The position numbers and the translations under genes were made by a program. A stretch of DNA of 64,000 nt from Vulcanimicrobiales bacterium (GTDB taxonomy: Bacteria; Vulcanimicrobiota; Vulcanimicrobiia; Vulcanimicrobiales; Vulcanimicrobiaceae): contig JBBRLI010000007.1 of assembly GCA_038231455.1 (NCBI GenBank), positions 87,657 through 151,656 of the forward strand. Reading direction: 5' to 3'. Positions 32,751 to 42,137 of the stretch are shown here, piece by piece. How positions within the stretch are numbered: position 1 is the first letter of the stretch; each line of letters begins with the position of its first letter. Below the pieces are notes generated by a model that was given only the letters and a program-made list of their open reading frames with translations, did not search any database and was not told the DNA's origin.

Positions 32751-34087
32751 CCGGACGGTTTTGGTGGCAGCGTGCGCGCCGGGTTACCGACGACACGCTC
32801 GCCGTTTGCGACATCGCGAATAACAACGGCGCCAGCGCCGGTCATGCCGCCATCGCCGATCGATACCGGCGCGACGAGCGATGAATTACTGCCGATGAAC
32901 GCATCCGCACCGATCTCGGTGCGGTGCTTGTTTTTTCCATCGTAATTGCACGTGATCGTTCCCGCTCCGATATTTGCGCGCTCGCCGACCGCGGCGTCGC
33001 CGAGGTAGGCGAGATGTCCGGCTTTGGCACCCGCGTGCATCGCGGTCTTTTTTAACTCGACGAAGTTGCCGATATGGACGCCTGCACCGATATCGTTCCC
33101 CCCGCGCAAGTGCGCGAAGGGTCCGATCGTCGTACGCGCGCCGATCGTGGTTTCCGTCACGACGCTCTCGGTGATCCGCACGCTCTCCGCGATCTTCGAC
33201 CAGGCGATTCGCGTGTTGGGTCCGATACTCGAACCGGCGCCGATCGTTGTTTCGCCGCCGATCGTCGTGTTCGGAAAGATCGTCGTGTCGGCGCCAATCG
33301 TGAGATCCGGTTCTAAATACGTCGTCGCCGGATCGACGATCGTCACACCGGCGCGCATGTGACCCTCGCACAGGCGGGCATTGAGGATCGCGCGTGCGGC
33401 AGCGAGTTCGACGCGGTCGTTGATGCCGAGCACGAGCCGGTGATCGGCGGCAACAACCGGCACGACCCGCTCGCCACGGCCGAGCAGCAGCTCGACGGTA
33501 TCGGTAAGATAGAGTTCTCTTTGCGCGTTGTCATCGCGCAGTTCGCCGATGACGGCGCGAAGTTTCGCCTCATCATAGGCATAGATACCGGCGTTCATCT
33601 CATCCAGAATCAGCTCGTCCGGCGTGCAGTCGCGCGCCTCGACGATTTTGGCGACGCCGCCGCCGCTGCGCACGATCCGACCAAAATTCGAGGGGAGCGG
33701 CATGTGCGCGGTGACGAGTGCCAACGCTGCGCCGTCGTCGATTGCCGCGATGACCGAACGAAACGTCGGCGGATCGATGAGCGGCATATCGCCGTATGCG
33801 ACGACGATGCTCCCACTGGATTTTTCGAGCGCCGCAAGTCCGACTTGCACCGCGTGACCGGTACCGTGCTGCGGCTCTTGCAGAACGCCGCGAACGCCGA
33901 GGGCGGCAAGTGCCGGCTCGACTTCGCGATTCGTGACGACGACGATATCGTCGACCCCGGCTTCGCGGAGCGCGCGCAACGTGTACCACAGCATCGGTCG
34001 CCCGCAGATTCCGTGCATCACCTTCGGCAGAGCACTTTTCATCCGCGTACCTTTGCCCGCAGCGAGCACGATCGCGCGTACGCTCAT
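32747..34087 (-). CDS. glmU: Bifunctional UDP-GlcNAc pyrophosphorylase/GlcN-1-P acetyltransferase
   Basis: LAAGKGTRMKS, GTGHAV, hexapeptide repeats and GNFVELK...ITCNYDG. Confidence 0.98.
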   Translation of the reverse strand: MSVRAIVLAAGKGTRMKSALPKVMHGICGRPMLWYTLRALREAGVDDIVVVTNREVEPALAALGVRGVLQEPQHGTGHAVQVGLAALEKSSGSIVVAYGDMPLIDPPTFRSVIAAIDDGAALALVTAHMPLPSNFGRIVRSGGGVAKIVEARDCTPDELILDEMNAGIYAYDEAKLRAVIGELRDDNAQRELYLTDTVELLLGRGERVVPVVAADHRLVLGINDRVELAAARAILNARLCEGHMRAGVTIVDPATTYLEPDLTIGADTTIFPNTTIGGETTIGAGSSIGPNTRIAWSKIAESVRITESVVTETTIGARTTIGPFAHLRGGNDIGAGVHIGNFVELKKTAMHAGAKAGHLAYLGDAAVGERANIGAGTITCNYDGKNKHRTEIGADAFIGSNSSLVAPVSIGDGGMTGAGAVVIRDVANGERVVGNPARTLPPKPSG

Positions 34088-35562
34088 GCGAGCGCCTCCG
34101 CATGCGCGGCGAAGAACGCCTCGATCCGGCCGAGCGTGATCTTGGGACCTAAAAGCTCGATCGTCTCGAAGATTCCGGCCGATACGGCAACCCCGGTAAC
34201 GGCGACGCGCAGGGGACCGATCATATCGCCGGCTTTGGTATTGTGCGCGGCTGCAGCGGCGCGGATCGCTGCTTCGAGATCAACGCGATTCCACGCGCCG
34301 GTATAGGCCCCAAGAGCATCGCCGACTTCGCGCAGTCGCGAGCGCGACTCAGACGTGCCGACGCGCTTCGCAACGGCTTCGTGCTGCCAGCCGATATTCG
34401 TCTCGGTTGTGAAGAAATAGTGCGAGGCCGCGGTGATTTCTGCAATCGTTTTCGCCCGCTCGCGCAAGAGTTCGCAGACACCCGCTACGTGTGCCCGGTC
34501 CGTGCGAAGCCTTGCAGCATCCGGTGCGTCCGCCAAAAGCGCTGTGACTTCATCCACAAGCACATCGATCGGAGCGGTTTTAAGATACTCGCCGTTCATC
34601 CACGTCAGCTTAACCGTATCGAAGACGGCGCCGTGTTTCTGGACGCGATCGAATTCGAAGAGTTCGACCATCTGATCGAGGGTCAGGAGCTCGCGATCCT
34701 CACCCGGCGACCAGCCGAGCAGTGCGAGAAAGTTGACGAGCCCCTGCGGAAGATAACCGAGCTTACGGTATTCGAACACGGCCGTGGCGCCGTCGCGCTT
34801 GGAGAGCTTCTTGCGCTCCGCATTCAGAATAATCGGCAAATGCGCGAAGTTCGGGATCGGAAGCCCGAGAGTCCGGTACAGCACGATTTGCTTTGGCGTA
34901 TTCGCAAGGTGTTCTTCGCCGCGAATCACATGTGTGATCTGCATTGCCGCGTCGTCGACAACGTTGGTGAAGTTGTAGAGCGGGTCGCCACCGGCTTTGG
35001 TGATGATGAAATCTTCGACTTCGCCCGGCGGAAAGGCGACGTCGCCGCGAATGAGATCGTGCACGTGATGCGTGGCCGTTTGATCCACCCGCATGCGCAT
35101 GGCAGGCGATGTATCGAGGGACGATGTTTTCGAGGCGACTTCGGCAGCCGAAAGTTGGCTGCACGGGCAGCGTTTCGAGGTCTTCGGATCTTCCGGTTCG
35201 TCGTCGCTCGTCTCGTAATTTTCATCGATTCGCGTGCCGCAGAAACAGGGATAGGTCGCTCCGAGCGCTGCGAGTTTCTCCGCTGCTTCTCGATAGAGAT
35301 GCAGTCGCTCGCGCTGTGAATACGGCCCGAAGGGTCCGCCTTTGGTCGGACCTTCATCGTGTTCGAGACCGAGCCACGAAAGCGCGCGGAAGATCTCTTC
35401 GCGATACTCTGGTCGCTCGCGCGCGACGTCGGTGTCCTCAACGCGCAGAACGAACGTGCCGCCGTGTCGACGCGCGTAGAGCCAGTTGAAGAGCGCGGTG
35501 CGTGCACCGCCCACGTGAAGAAACCCCGTCGGTGACGGGGCGAAGCGAACGCGAACTGCCAT
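34084..35562 (-). CDS. gltX: Glutamyl-tRNA synthetase
   Basis: RFAPSPTGFLHVGG (HIGH) and KLSKR (KMSKS) motifs. Confidence 0.97.
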   Translation of the reverse strand: MAVRVRFAPSPTGFLHVGGARTALFNWLYARRHGGTFVLRVEDTDVARERPEYREEIFRALSWLGLEHDEGPTKGGPFGPYSQRERLHLYREAAEKLAALGATYPCFCGTRIDENYETSDDEPEDPKTSKRCPCSQLSAAEVASKTSSLDTSPAMRMRVDQTATHHVHDLIRGDVAFPPGEVEDFIITKAGGDPLYNFTNVVDDAAMQITHVIRGEEHLANTPKQIVLYRTLGLPIPNFAHLPIILNAERKKLSKRDGATAVFEYRKLGYLPQGLVNFLALLGWSPGEDRELLTLDQMVELFEFDRVQKHGAVFDTVKLTWMNGEYLKTAPIDVLVDEVTALLADAPDAARLRTDRAHVAGVCELLRERAKTIAEITAASHYFFTTETNIGWQHEAVAKRVGTSESRSRLREVGDALGAYTGAWNRVDLEAAIRAAAAAHNTKAGDMIGPLRVAVTGVAVSAGIFETIELLGPKITLGRIEAFFAAHAEALA

Positions 35563-35566
35563 CAGT

Positions 35567-35983
35567 TTAGCCGACCAGCTCGCGGCGCTTGCCGCATTCA
35601 CGCTCGACGAACGTGATGATCTGCGAGAGCGGAGCCCCTGGCGTAAAAATCTCGCGAACGCCAAGCGCCTTGAGTTCGGCTGCATCGTCCGCCGGGATCG
35701 TCCCCCCGCCGAAGAACACGATGTCGGAGGCGCCTTGCGCTTTGAGCTGCTCGACGATGAGTGGGAAGAGCGTCATGTGCGCGCCCGAGAGAATCGAGAG
35801 CCCGATCCCGTCGGCGTCTTCTTGGATCGCCGTTTGCACGATTTGCTCGGGTGTTTGGAAGAGGCCGGTATAAATCACTTCCATGCCCGCGTCGCGCAGC
35901 GCCCGCGCGATGACTTTCGCACCGCGGTCGTGGCCGTCGAGACCGGCTTTGGCGACGATGATACGCAGCGGTCGGTCGGCCAC
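35567..35983 (-). CDS. Acyl-CoA mutase small (cobalamin-binding) subunit
   Basis: AKAGLDGHDRGAKV (DxHxxG), SILSGAH and GGTIP motifs. Confidence 0.95.
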   Translation of the reverse strand: MADRPLRIIVAKAGLDGHDRGAKVIARALRDAGMEVIYTGLFQTPEQIVQTAIQEDADGIGLSILSGAHMTLFPLIVEQLKAQGASDIVFFGGGTIPADDAAELKALGVREIFTPGAPLSQIITFVERECGKRRELVG

Positions 35984-36105
35984 TAGCGTCCGTCCTCACG
36001 CGCGCGGCTGAGTTCGAGCGCCTCGCGCAGCTTCGCGCGAACGACTAAGAGCGTTCGGCGGACGTCGCGTGTGCGACGCTCGGTATCTTTGCGGCGTTTT
36101 CCCAT
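35983..36105 (-). CDS. 40-aa basic small protein between the mutase subunits
   Basis: MGKRRKDTERRTRDVRRTLLVVRAKLREALELSRAREDGR*; starts 5 bp after the large-subunit stop, and its TAG overlaps the next GTG (TAGTG). Confidence 0.55.
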   Translation of the reverse strand: MGKRRKDTERRTRDVRRTLLVVRAKLREALELSRAREDGR

Positions 36106-36110
36106 AGCGA

Positions 36111-37814
36111 TTAAAATGCTGCTCTCTCCGTGTAGCGTCCGTAGACTTCGACCATCGCATCGACGATCTCGCCTTCGGTCGCAAGGGCCTTGACTGCCGC
36201 GATGATGCGCGGCATGACGTTGTCCGATTCGTCGCGGCAGGCACGCGTGAGTGCGCCCAGTGCCTCGGCGACGGCCGTGCCGTCGCGCGAGTCGCGTACC
36301 GACTGCACGGCGCGCGCTTGACCCTCTTCGATCTCGCGGCCGATCTTCAGCAGGTCCATCGTCGCCTGCGACTCTTCTTTTTCGAACGCGTTGACGCCCA
36401 CGATCACGCGGTCTTTGGTCTCGAGCGAGCGTTGGTAGCGATACGATGCATCGGCGATTTCGCGCTGGAAGAAACCGGCTTCGATCGCTTCGATCACGCC
36501 GCCGAACTCCGCGATCTGGTCGAAGTACGCTTGCGCGCCGCGTTCCATCTCATCGGTGAGCGCTTCAATGAAGTACGAGCCACCGAGTGGATCGACGACG
36601 TTTGTGACGTTGGTCTCGTAGGCGAGGACCTGCTGCGTGCGAAGCGCGATCTCGACCGATTTTTCGCTCGGCAGTGCGAGCACTTCGTCCATGGAATTCG
36701 TGTGCAACGACTGCGTGCCGCCGAGCACCGCGGCCATCGCTTCGAACGCGACGCGTACGATATTATTTTCGGGCTGCTGAGCGGTTGCGCTGCAGCCGGC
36801 AGTCTGCGTGTGAAAGCGCAGCTGCCACGATTTGGGATCTTTTGCACCGTAGACGTCGCGCATGCGGCGGGCGTAGATGCGACGAGCGGCGCGAAACTTG
36901 CAGATCTCCTCGAAGAAATCGATATGCGAATTGAAGAAAAACGAGAGGCGCGGCGCAAACGAGTCGATATCCATGCCGGCCTTCATCGCCGCCTCGACGT
37001 ACGCGAAGCCGTCGGCGAGTGTGAAGGCGAGTTCTTGCACGGCCGTCGAGCCGGCTTCGCGGATATGGTAACCGGAGATCGAGATGGTGTTCCACAGGGG
37101 CATCTCATCGCGACAGAACTTCATCATGTCGACGATCACGCGCACGTGCGGACGCGGCGGAAAGATCCACTCTTTCTGTGCGATATACTCTTTGAGGATG
37201 TCGGCCTGCAGCGTGCCGCCGAGTTTGACGCGCGGGATGCCTTTGTTTTCCGCCGCGACGATGTACTGCGCGAGCGCAATTGCGGCCGGGCCATTGATCG
37301 TCATCGACGTCGTAATCGTGCCCATGTCGATTCCCTCAAAGAGAATCTCCATATCCCGGACCGAGTCGATCGCTACGCCGCACTTGCCAACTTCGCCGCG
37401 CGACTTCGGGGCGTCCGAATCGTAGCCCATGAGCGTGGGCATGTCGAAGGCAACCGAGAGCCCCGCTTGTCCTTGCGAGAGCAAAAAGTGGTAGCGTTCG
37501 TTCGTCTGACGCGCATTACCAAAGCCGGCGAATTGGCGCATCGTCCAGAGCCGGTCGCGATACATGTTGGCGTGGATGCCGCGCGTATACGGAAATTCGC
37601 CGGGGGTCGAGAGATCGCGTGCAACGTCGAGGTGCGCGACATCGCTTGGGCCGTACAGGGGTTTGAGCGGCAGATCGGAGATCGTGCGGTCGCCGGCACC
37701 CGATCCCGGACCCGTGCGGCCTTTGGACTTGGCCGACCGGTCTTTCCAGAGCGCTTGCTGCTCGACGAACTCCGGCGTCTCGGCGGGTCCAAGACCCGAA
37801 GGACGCTCGATCAT
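36111..37814 (-). CDS. B12-dependent acyl-CoA mutase large subunit, isobutyryl-CoA mutase-type
   Basis: PGEFPYTRG, WTMRQFAGFG, QADILKEYIAQ, ISISGYH and GGTQSLHTN motifs. Confidence 0.93.
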   Translation of the reverse strand: MIERPSGLGPAETPEFVEQQALWKDRSAKSKGRTGPGSGAGDRTISDLPLKPLYGPSDVAHLDVARDLSTPGEFPYTRGIHANMYRDRLWTMRQFAGFGNARQTNERYHFLLSQGQAGLSVAFDMPTLMGYDSDAPKSRGEVGKCGVAIDSVRDMEILFEGIDMGTITTSMTINGPAAIALAQYIVAAENKGIPRVKLGGTLQADILKEYIAQKEWIFPPRPHVRVIVDMMKFCRDEMPLWNTISISGYHIREAGSTAVQELAFTLADGFAYVEAAMKAGMDIDSFAPRLSFFFNSHIDFFEEICKFRAARRIYARRMRDVYGAKDPKSWQLRFHTQTAGCSATAQQPENNIVRVAFEAMAAVLGGTQSLHTNSMDEVLALPSEKSVEIALRTQQVLAYETNVTNVVDPLGGSYFIEALTDEMERGAQAYFDQIAEFGGVIEAIEAGFFQREIADASYRYQRSLETKDRVIVGVNAFEKEESQATMDLLKIGREIEEGQARAVQSVRDSRDGTAVAEALGALTRACRDESDNVMPRIIAAVKALATEGEIVDAMVEVYGRYTERAAF

Positions 37815-37919
37815 TTTAGCCACGGAAACCCCCAAGAAATCGAAAGCCCACATCGTTTCGACTGCCACCCCCGCTTTCCCTAAAAGGAGGCCATGTGCGA
37901 CCTACTTTGCCTCGCAGAG

Positions 37920-38717
37920 CTATCGTTGGAGAAACGCCTCGACGGATTTGATGAAGCGCTCGAACGCCGTCCGCTGGAGGCTGTGGCCTTCGCCTTCGAA
38001 CACTTCGATTGCAACGTTCGGGCCGCCGCGTTCCCGAACGAACGCCGCATCCGGTACGGCAACAACGGAGTCGACTTGATCTGCGAGCAGCAGCAAGAGG
38101 GGCAGCGGATAGTCGACCAGGTCGGGCCGCAAATCCCAATCGCCATGGTCGACGCGATTGATCGCGCCGAGCTCGACGATCGGCTCGATCGACATGTTGC
38201 GCATCGCGTGGATCTTCGCGTCGATCTCGATCGGCGCGAGCGATTTATAGAAGTCGCGAATCTTCGCCTCGCGATCGGCGATCGGCAAATCGAATACTGC
38301 GCGCAGATCGTCGACGAAATCACCGTACCACGTTCCCGGCGCCTGATGGATCATTGGATCGATCGCGATCACGCGCTGGGCGTCGATGCGCTTGCCGCCG
38401 CGTAACGCGACGGCGCCGCCCCATGAGTGTCCAAAAAAGCCCGCGATCGGTTCGCCGATCGTGCCTGCGACGGTTTCGAGATCGAGCAGACTTCGTTCGA
38501 GCGCCATCGGACCGCGGACATGCGCCGAATCGCCGTGCCCGCGCTGATCGTACGCGAACACGCGGTGCGTCGGCGCGAAGTGCAGCGCCATACGCTCCCA
38601 CGACTTGCGCGAACTCGTAATGCCGTGGACGCCAAGCAATACCGGGCCGCGCGTCCCCCACTGTTCGAGTGTCGTTGCGGCGCCGTCATCAAAAGCAACG
38701 ATCCGTTCGACGCTCAC
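37920..38717 (-). CDS. Alpha/beta hydrolase
   Basis: HGIT, DQRGHG, GHSWGG and C-terminal GHS. Confidence 0.88.
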   Translation of the reverse strand: MSVERIVAFDDGAATTLEQWGTRGPVLLGVHGITSSRKSWERMALHFAPTHRVFAYDQRGHGDSAHVRGPMALERSLLDLETVAGTIGEPIAGFFGHSWGGAVALRGGKRIDAQRVIAIDPMIHQAPGTWYGDFVDDLRAVFDLPIADREAKIRDFYKSLAPIEIDAKIHAMRNMSIEPIVELGAINRVDHGDWDLRPDLVDYPLPLLLLLADQVDSVVAVPDAAFVRERGGPNVAIEVFEGEGHSLQRTAFERFIKSVEAFLQR

Positions 38718-39595
38718 ACCGGTCGCCGATCTTTGAACGTCAATTCCGAGACGCCGCTCTTATCGAGTTCGCCGAGGCCGGCACTCACCATGGCGCTATA
38801 TTGCGCGAGCGTAGCCGACGCGAGCGGCAACTCGAGTCCCTCGTCGTGCGCGAGCGCGAGTGCGATGCCGGAATCCTTTGCCGCATGCGCCGCCATGAAA
38901 TACGCTTCGTGATCGCGTGCCTGCATGTCGGCACCGTCGGTTTCGAGCACGCGCGAATTCGCGCCGGTCTGCGAAAAGATCTCGCGTAGTAGCGTCAGAT
39001 CGAGACCGAGCGCATCGCCCAGAGCGAGCGCTTCGGCAAGGCCGGCGGTATTGATATTCATGAGCATGTTGACGAGCGCTTTAACCTGCGCCGCCGACCC
39101 TGGACCACCGACGTATTTGAGGGCTTTACTCAATTTTTCGAGCATCGGTCGCACGGTGAGGAACGCCGTCTCATCGCCCGCACAGATCAGGTAGAGCGAG
39201 CCGTCGCGCGCTTGCGGAATGGAACTTGCCATGCACGCTTCCACGCTCGCCGATCCGTGCGATTTGGTCAGCGCGTGAACGTCGACGTGGACCGACGGCG
39301 TGATCGTCGCGCAGTTGATGTACATCTTCCCGGGAGCGAGCAGCGTGTCGCCGGACGTGCTGAAGATCGTTCGCATCGCAGCATCATCCGTTACGACCGT
39401 CACGATCGCGTCGCTCAGTGCCGCGACTTCGGCCAGCGTTGCGGGCGCTTGTGCGCCGAGTTCTTGCGCGAGCGCTTCGGCGCGAACGCGGTCGACGTCG
39501 TAAACCGCGGTCACGGTGTAGTCGACGTCTTTCAAGCGGCGCGCTATATTGGCGCCCATACGCCCCACGCCGACGACGGCGACAGTGGTACTCAT
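38714..39595 (-). CDS. NAD(P)-dependent beta-hydroxyacid dehydrogenase (3-hydroxyisobutyrate dehydrogenase family)
   Basis: GVGRMGANIA Rossmann motif, catalytic Lys (QVKALVN) and AAKDSGIA. Confidence 0.85.
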   Translation of the reverse strand: MSTTVAVVGVGRMGANIARRLKDVDYTVTAVYDVDRVRAEALAQELGAQAPATLAEVAALSDAIVTVVTDDAAMRTIFSTSGDTLLAPGKMYINCATITPSVHVDVHALTKSHGSASVEACMASSIPQARDGSLYLICAGDETAFLTVRPMLEKLSKALKYVGGPGSAAQVKALVNMLMNINTAGLAEALALGDALGLDLTLLREIFSQTGANSRVLETDGADMQARDHEAYFMAAHAAKDSGIALALAHDEGLELPLASATLAQYSAMVSAGLGELDKSGVSELTFKDRRPV

Positions 39596-39612
39596 CGGTG
39601 TATCTCCATAAA

Positions 39613-40581
39613 CTAAAGGCCTTTGACGGTGGCGCGGACATCCGAGCGCGAGCGCGCGTGCCCGCCTCGTTCGACGCCGCCAGAAATCCCGTAGAACGCA
39701 AGAATGGTTTCAGCCGCCGCATACGGATCGCCGCCCGGTTCGAGCGCGGCGATTTGTTCTTCGAGTTTGCGTTCGAGCGTGCCGAGCGCGAGCTGACGCA
39801 CTTGATGATCGAACGCCGCGCGTCGCTTCACGGCGATCTCGCCCGTCGATTTGAGATACGCGTCGTGCGCGAGGATCGCATCCCAGAGTTCGGCGATGCC
39901 TTTGCCTTCGAGCGCCTGGGTGAGCACGAGTTCGGGATTCCAGCCGTGGAAATGCAACATCTCCATCATCGAGCGAATCTCGCGCTGCAACTGAAGCGCC
40001 ATCGGATGATCGGCTTTGTTAACGACAAAAATATCGGCAACTTCAAGAATACCGGCTTTGAGGACTTGCACCGAATCGCCGCTGCCGGGCTGCAATGCGA
40101 CGAGTGTGGTATCCGCGACTTCGGCGATTTCGATCTCCGACTGACCGACGCCGACCGTTTCCACGATCACGACGTCTTTGCCGAAGGCGTCCATCAACGT
40201 CACGGCATCGGCGGTCGCGCCGGAGAGGCCGCCGAGATGGCCGCGCGAGGCCATCGAACGAATGAAAACGTCGGGATCGACGAAGTGCTCGGTGAGGCGA
40301 ATGCGGTCGCCGAGGAGCGCGCCGTGCGAGAACGGCGAACTCGGATCGACCGAAATCACGCCGACGGTTTTGCCGGCTTTGCGCGCGTGGGTGACGATCG
40401 CCGAACACAAGGTCGATTTCCCGACGCCCGGCGGTCCCGTCAGACCGATCGTGAGCGCGCGTCCGCTCTGCGGAAAGACCTCGCGAATCAGCGCTGCGCC
40501 GCGGCCGGATTCGACCGCCGAAATTGCCTGCGCGAGCGCACGCATGCTGCCCGTGCGGAAGTCTTCTAGAAGCGTACCCAT
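39613..40581 (-). CDS. meaB: Mutase-associated GTPase chaperone MeaB/ArgK
   Basis: GPPGVGKST, DPSSPFSHGALLGDRIR, ETVGVGQSE and NKAD motifs. Confidence 0.95.
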   Translation of the reverse strand: MGTLLEDFRTGSMRALAQAISAVESGRGAALIREVFPQSGRALTIGLTGPPGVGKSTLCSAIVTHARKAGKTVGVISVDPSSPFSHGALLGDRIRLTEHFVDPDVFIRSMASRGHLGGLSGATADAVTLMDAFGKDVVIVETVGVGQSEIEIAEVADTTLVALQPGSGDSVQVLKAGILEVADIFVVNKADHPMALQLQREIRSMMEMLHFHGWNPELVLTQALEGKGIAELWDAILAHDAYLKSTGEIAVKRRAAFDHQVRQLALGTLERKLEEQIAALEPGGDPYAAAETILAFYGISGGVERGGHARSRSDVRATVKGL

Positions 40582-40596
40582 CGGCGGCAAACCATT

Positions 40597-41439
40597 TTAG
40601 TTTGCGGCTTTTGTGGCCTTCTCGTGCTCCTCGAGGAGCTTCTTATCAAAGGTCCACGACGGAACGCTCGCCGGGAACTCGATCGCGGGGAACGTGATGT
40701 CGCCCGAACCGCCGTATTGAAAGAGAAAGACACGGAGACGACCCGACGCCAGGACCTTGTCGAGCATCCAGTAGGAATCGACCGGCTTGAAATACGCGTG
40801 ATAGATGAACGGCTGCCGGATCATGCCGACCTGCGCGATCGCGATCGCGCGGATGTGCCAGACATCGAAGGTCTGCTTGTCAATCCAAAGTTCGCGGAGA
40901 CGATAGATGTCCGGTTCGCGTTGCGGGCTGAGCAAGAGATGATAGACCGGATGTCCTTCGTACACGTCGTCGACATCGAGTGACATGTCGTACGGAATCT
41001 TTACGATCACGCTCACGCGACCGATCACCGATGGCGCGGGCGTCGCGCTCACGGAGGGATCGGTCGTCATCGTATCGCTCGCGTACGCCGGCCGCGGCGC
41101 AACGCCGAACGTGGCATCGGGGGAAATGCGCGGCGGTCCGAACGTCCGCTCGATTTTCTCTTTGGAAGAGTGCGGAACGCTTACCGTCATCGCTTCACGA
41201 TCGGAGGTACGATAGGTAACTTCGTAGTCTGCCGTCAGGTGTTTGCGTTTTCGGTTGAACTCACCGGCCACTCGGTATTTGATGAACGGCGGCAGCGGGC
41301 GCGCTTTCCACGTCTGTCGAGCCTTGATGAAAATTTGCATTGGCGTGAGCGCGGTCGCCGGCTCGGGGGCGGATTGCGCACCGGATTCACCCGTGCAAAC
41401 GATCGCGAGTGCGAGCACGCGTACAACATATCGGAACAT
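40597..41439 (-). CDS. Exported hypothetical protein (LolA/MucB-like beta fold possible)
   Basis: Signal-like N terminus and 'ELWIDKQTFDV' pattern; coupled to its neighbours. Confidence 0.65.
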   Translation of the reverse strand: MFRYVVRVLALAIVCTGESGAQSAPEPATALTPMQIFIKARQTWKARPLPPFIKYRVAGEFNRKRKHLTADYEVTYRTSDREAMTVSVPHSSKEKIERTFGPPRISPDATFGVAPRPAYASDTMTTDPSVSATPAPSVIGRVSVIVKIPYDMSLDVDDVYEGHPVYHLLLSPQREPDIYRLRELWIDKQTFDVWHIRAIAIAQVGMIRQPFIYHAYFKPVDSYWMLDKVLASGRLRVFLFQYGGSGDITFPAIEFPASVPSWTFDKKLLEEHEKATKAAN

Positions 41440-42083
41440 TAGGGTCCCACACCGTGTGCGCGCGCGTACGCTGCAGAGCCCTCTTCGTCGCGCAGCATTG
41501 CCTCGATCGTGAGGGCGATCGGGTCGTAGTCGATGAGTCCGGAAAAGCGTGCTTCATCGTTGATCGCATTACGCAGCACAAACGCGGGCCGCTGCGGCAA
41601 CGCAAGTTCTTGGAAGCGTTTGGTCGATGCCTCGACACGGTCGCGCACGACCGCAGACTGTGCGGTGTCAACGAGCCGATCGGCGTCGATACCGCACGCG
41701 GCGGCAACGGTGTCGGCGGCACCCACGAACGAGGCGATTTGTTGACCTTTGCCCATCGTTTCGCGCGCAACCGCAAGCCACGCGCGATCGTCGTGAATAC
41801 CCAGCTCACGCGCCGCCTCGACCACGAGATTCGCCTCGAGCGACCCCGTCTCGCGATTGACGATCCAATTCGGATCGAGCTTCTCACCAGTGAGCGCATG
41901 CGTTCGGCGATAGTACCAATCCATCGAATCGGGCGTATAGCCGAGGGCATCGGCGCGGTCAAGCAGCGCGATGCGCCACGTAAATTCCGCGCGATCGCCG
42001 AACGCGACGCGCAACCGCGTGATCGTTTCGCGCGCGAGGTACACCCACGATGAGCAGGTGTCGATGAAGTATTCGATCGTCAC
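41439..42083 (-). CDS. DsbA/FrnE-like thioredoxin-fold protein
   Basis: IEYFIDTCSSWVY at the CxxC position and cis-Pro region QRPAFVL. Confidence 0.7.
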   Translation of the reverse strand: MTIEYFIDTCSSWVYLARETITRLRVAFGDRAEFTWRIALLDRADALGYTPDSMDWYYRRTHALTGEKLDPNWIVNRETGSLEANLVVEAARELGIHDDRAWLAVARETMGKGQQIASFVGAADTVAAACGIDADRLVDTAQSAVVRDRVEASTKRFQELALPQRPAFVLRNAINDEARFSGLIDYDPIALTIEAMLRDEEGSAAYARAHGVGP

Positions 42084-42137
42084 GGTATTTGCTTACCTTT
42101 GCGAGGACGCTCGCGCTTGGTGCCGTAGGGTGGACGG

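Noticed and set aside
37815-37919. Cobalamin riboswitch upstream of the mutase (AGGGAA on the minus strand)
   Set aside because: No B12-box or the CCCGC/ACTG core elements, and the region is too short.
41439-42083. A fourth selenoprotein in the DsbA-like gene
   Set aside because: There is no in-frame TGA; the active-site region reads DTCSSWVY.
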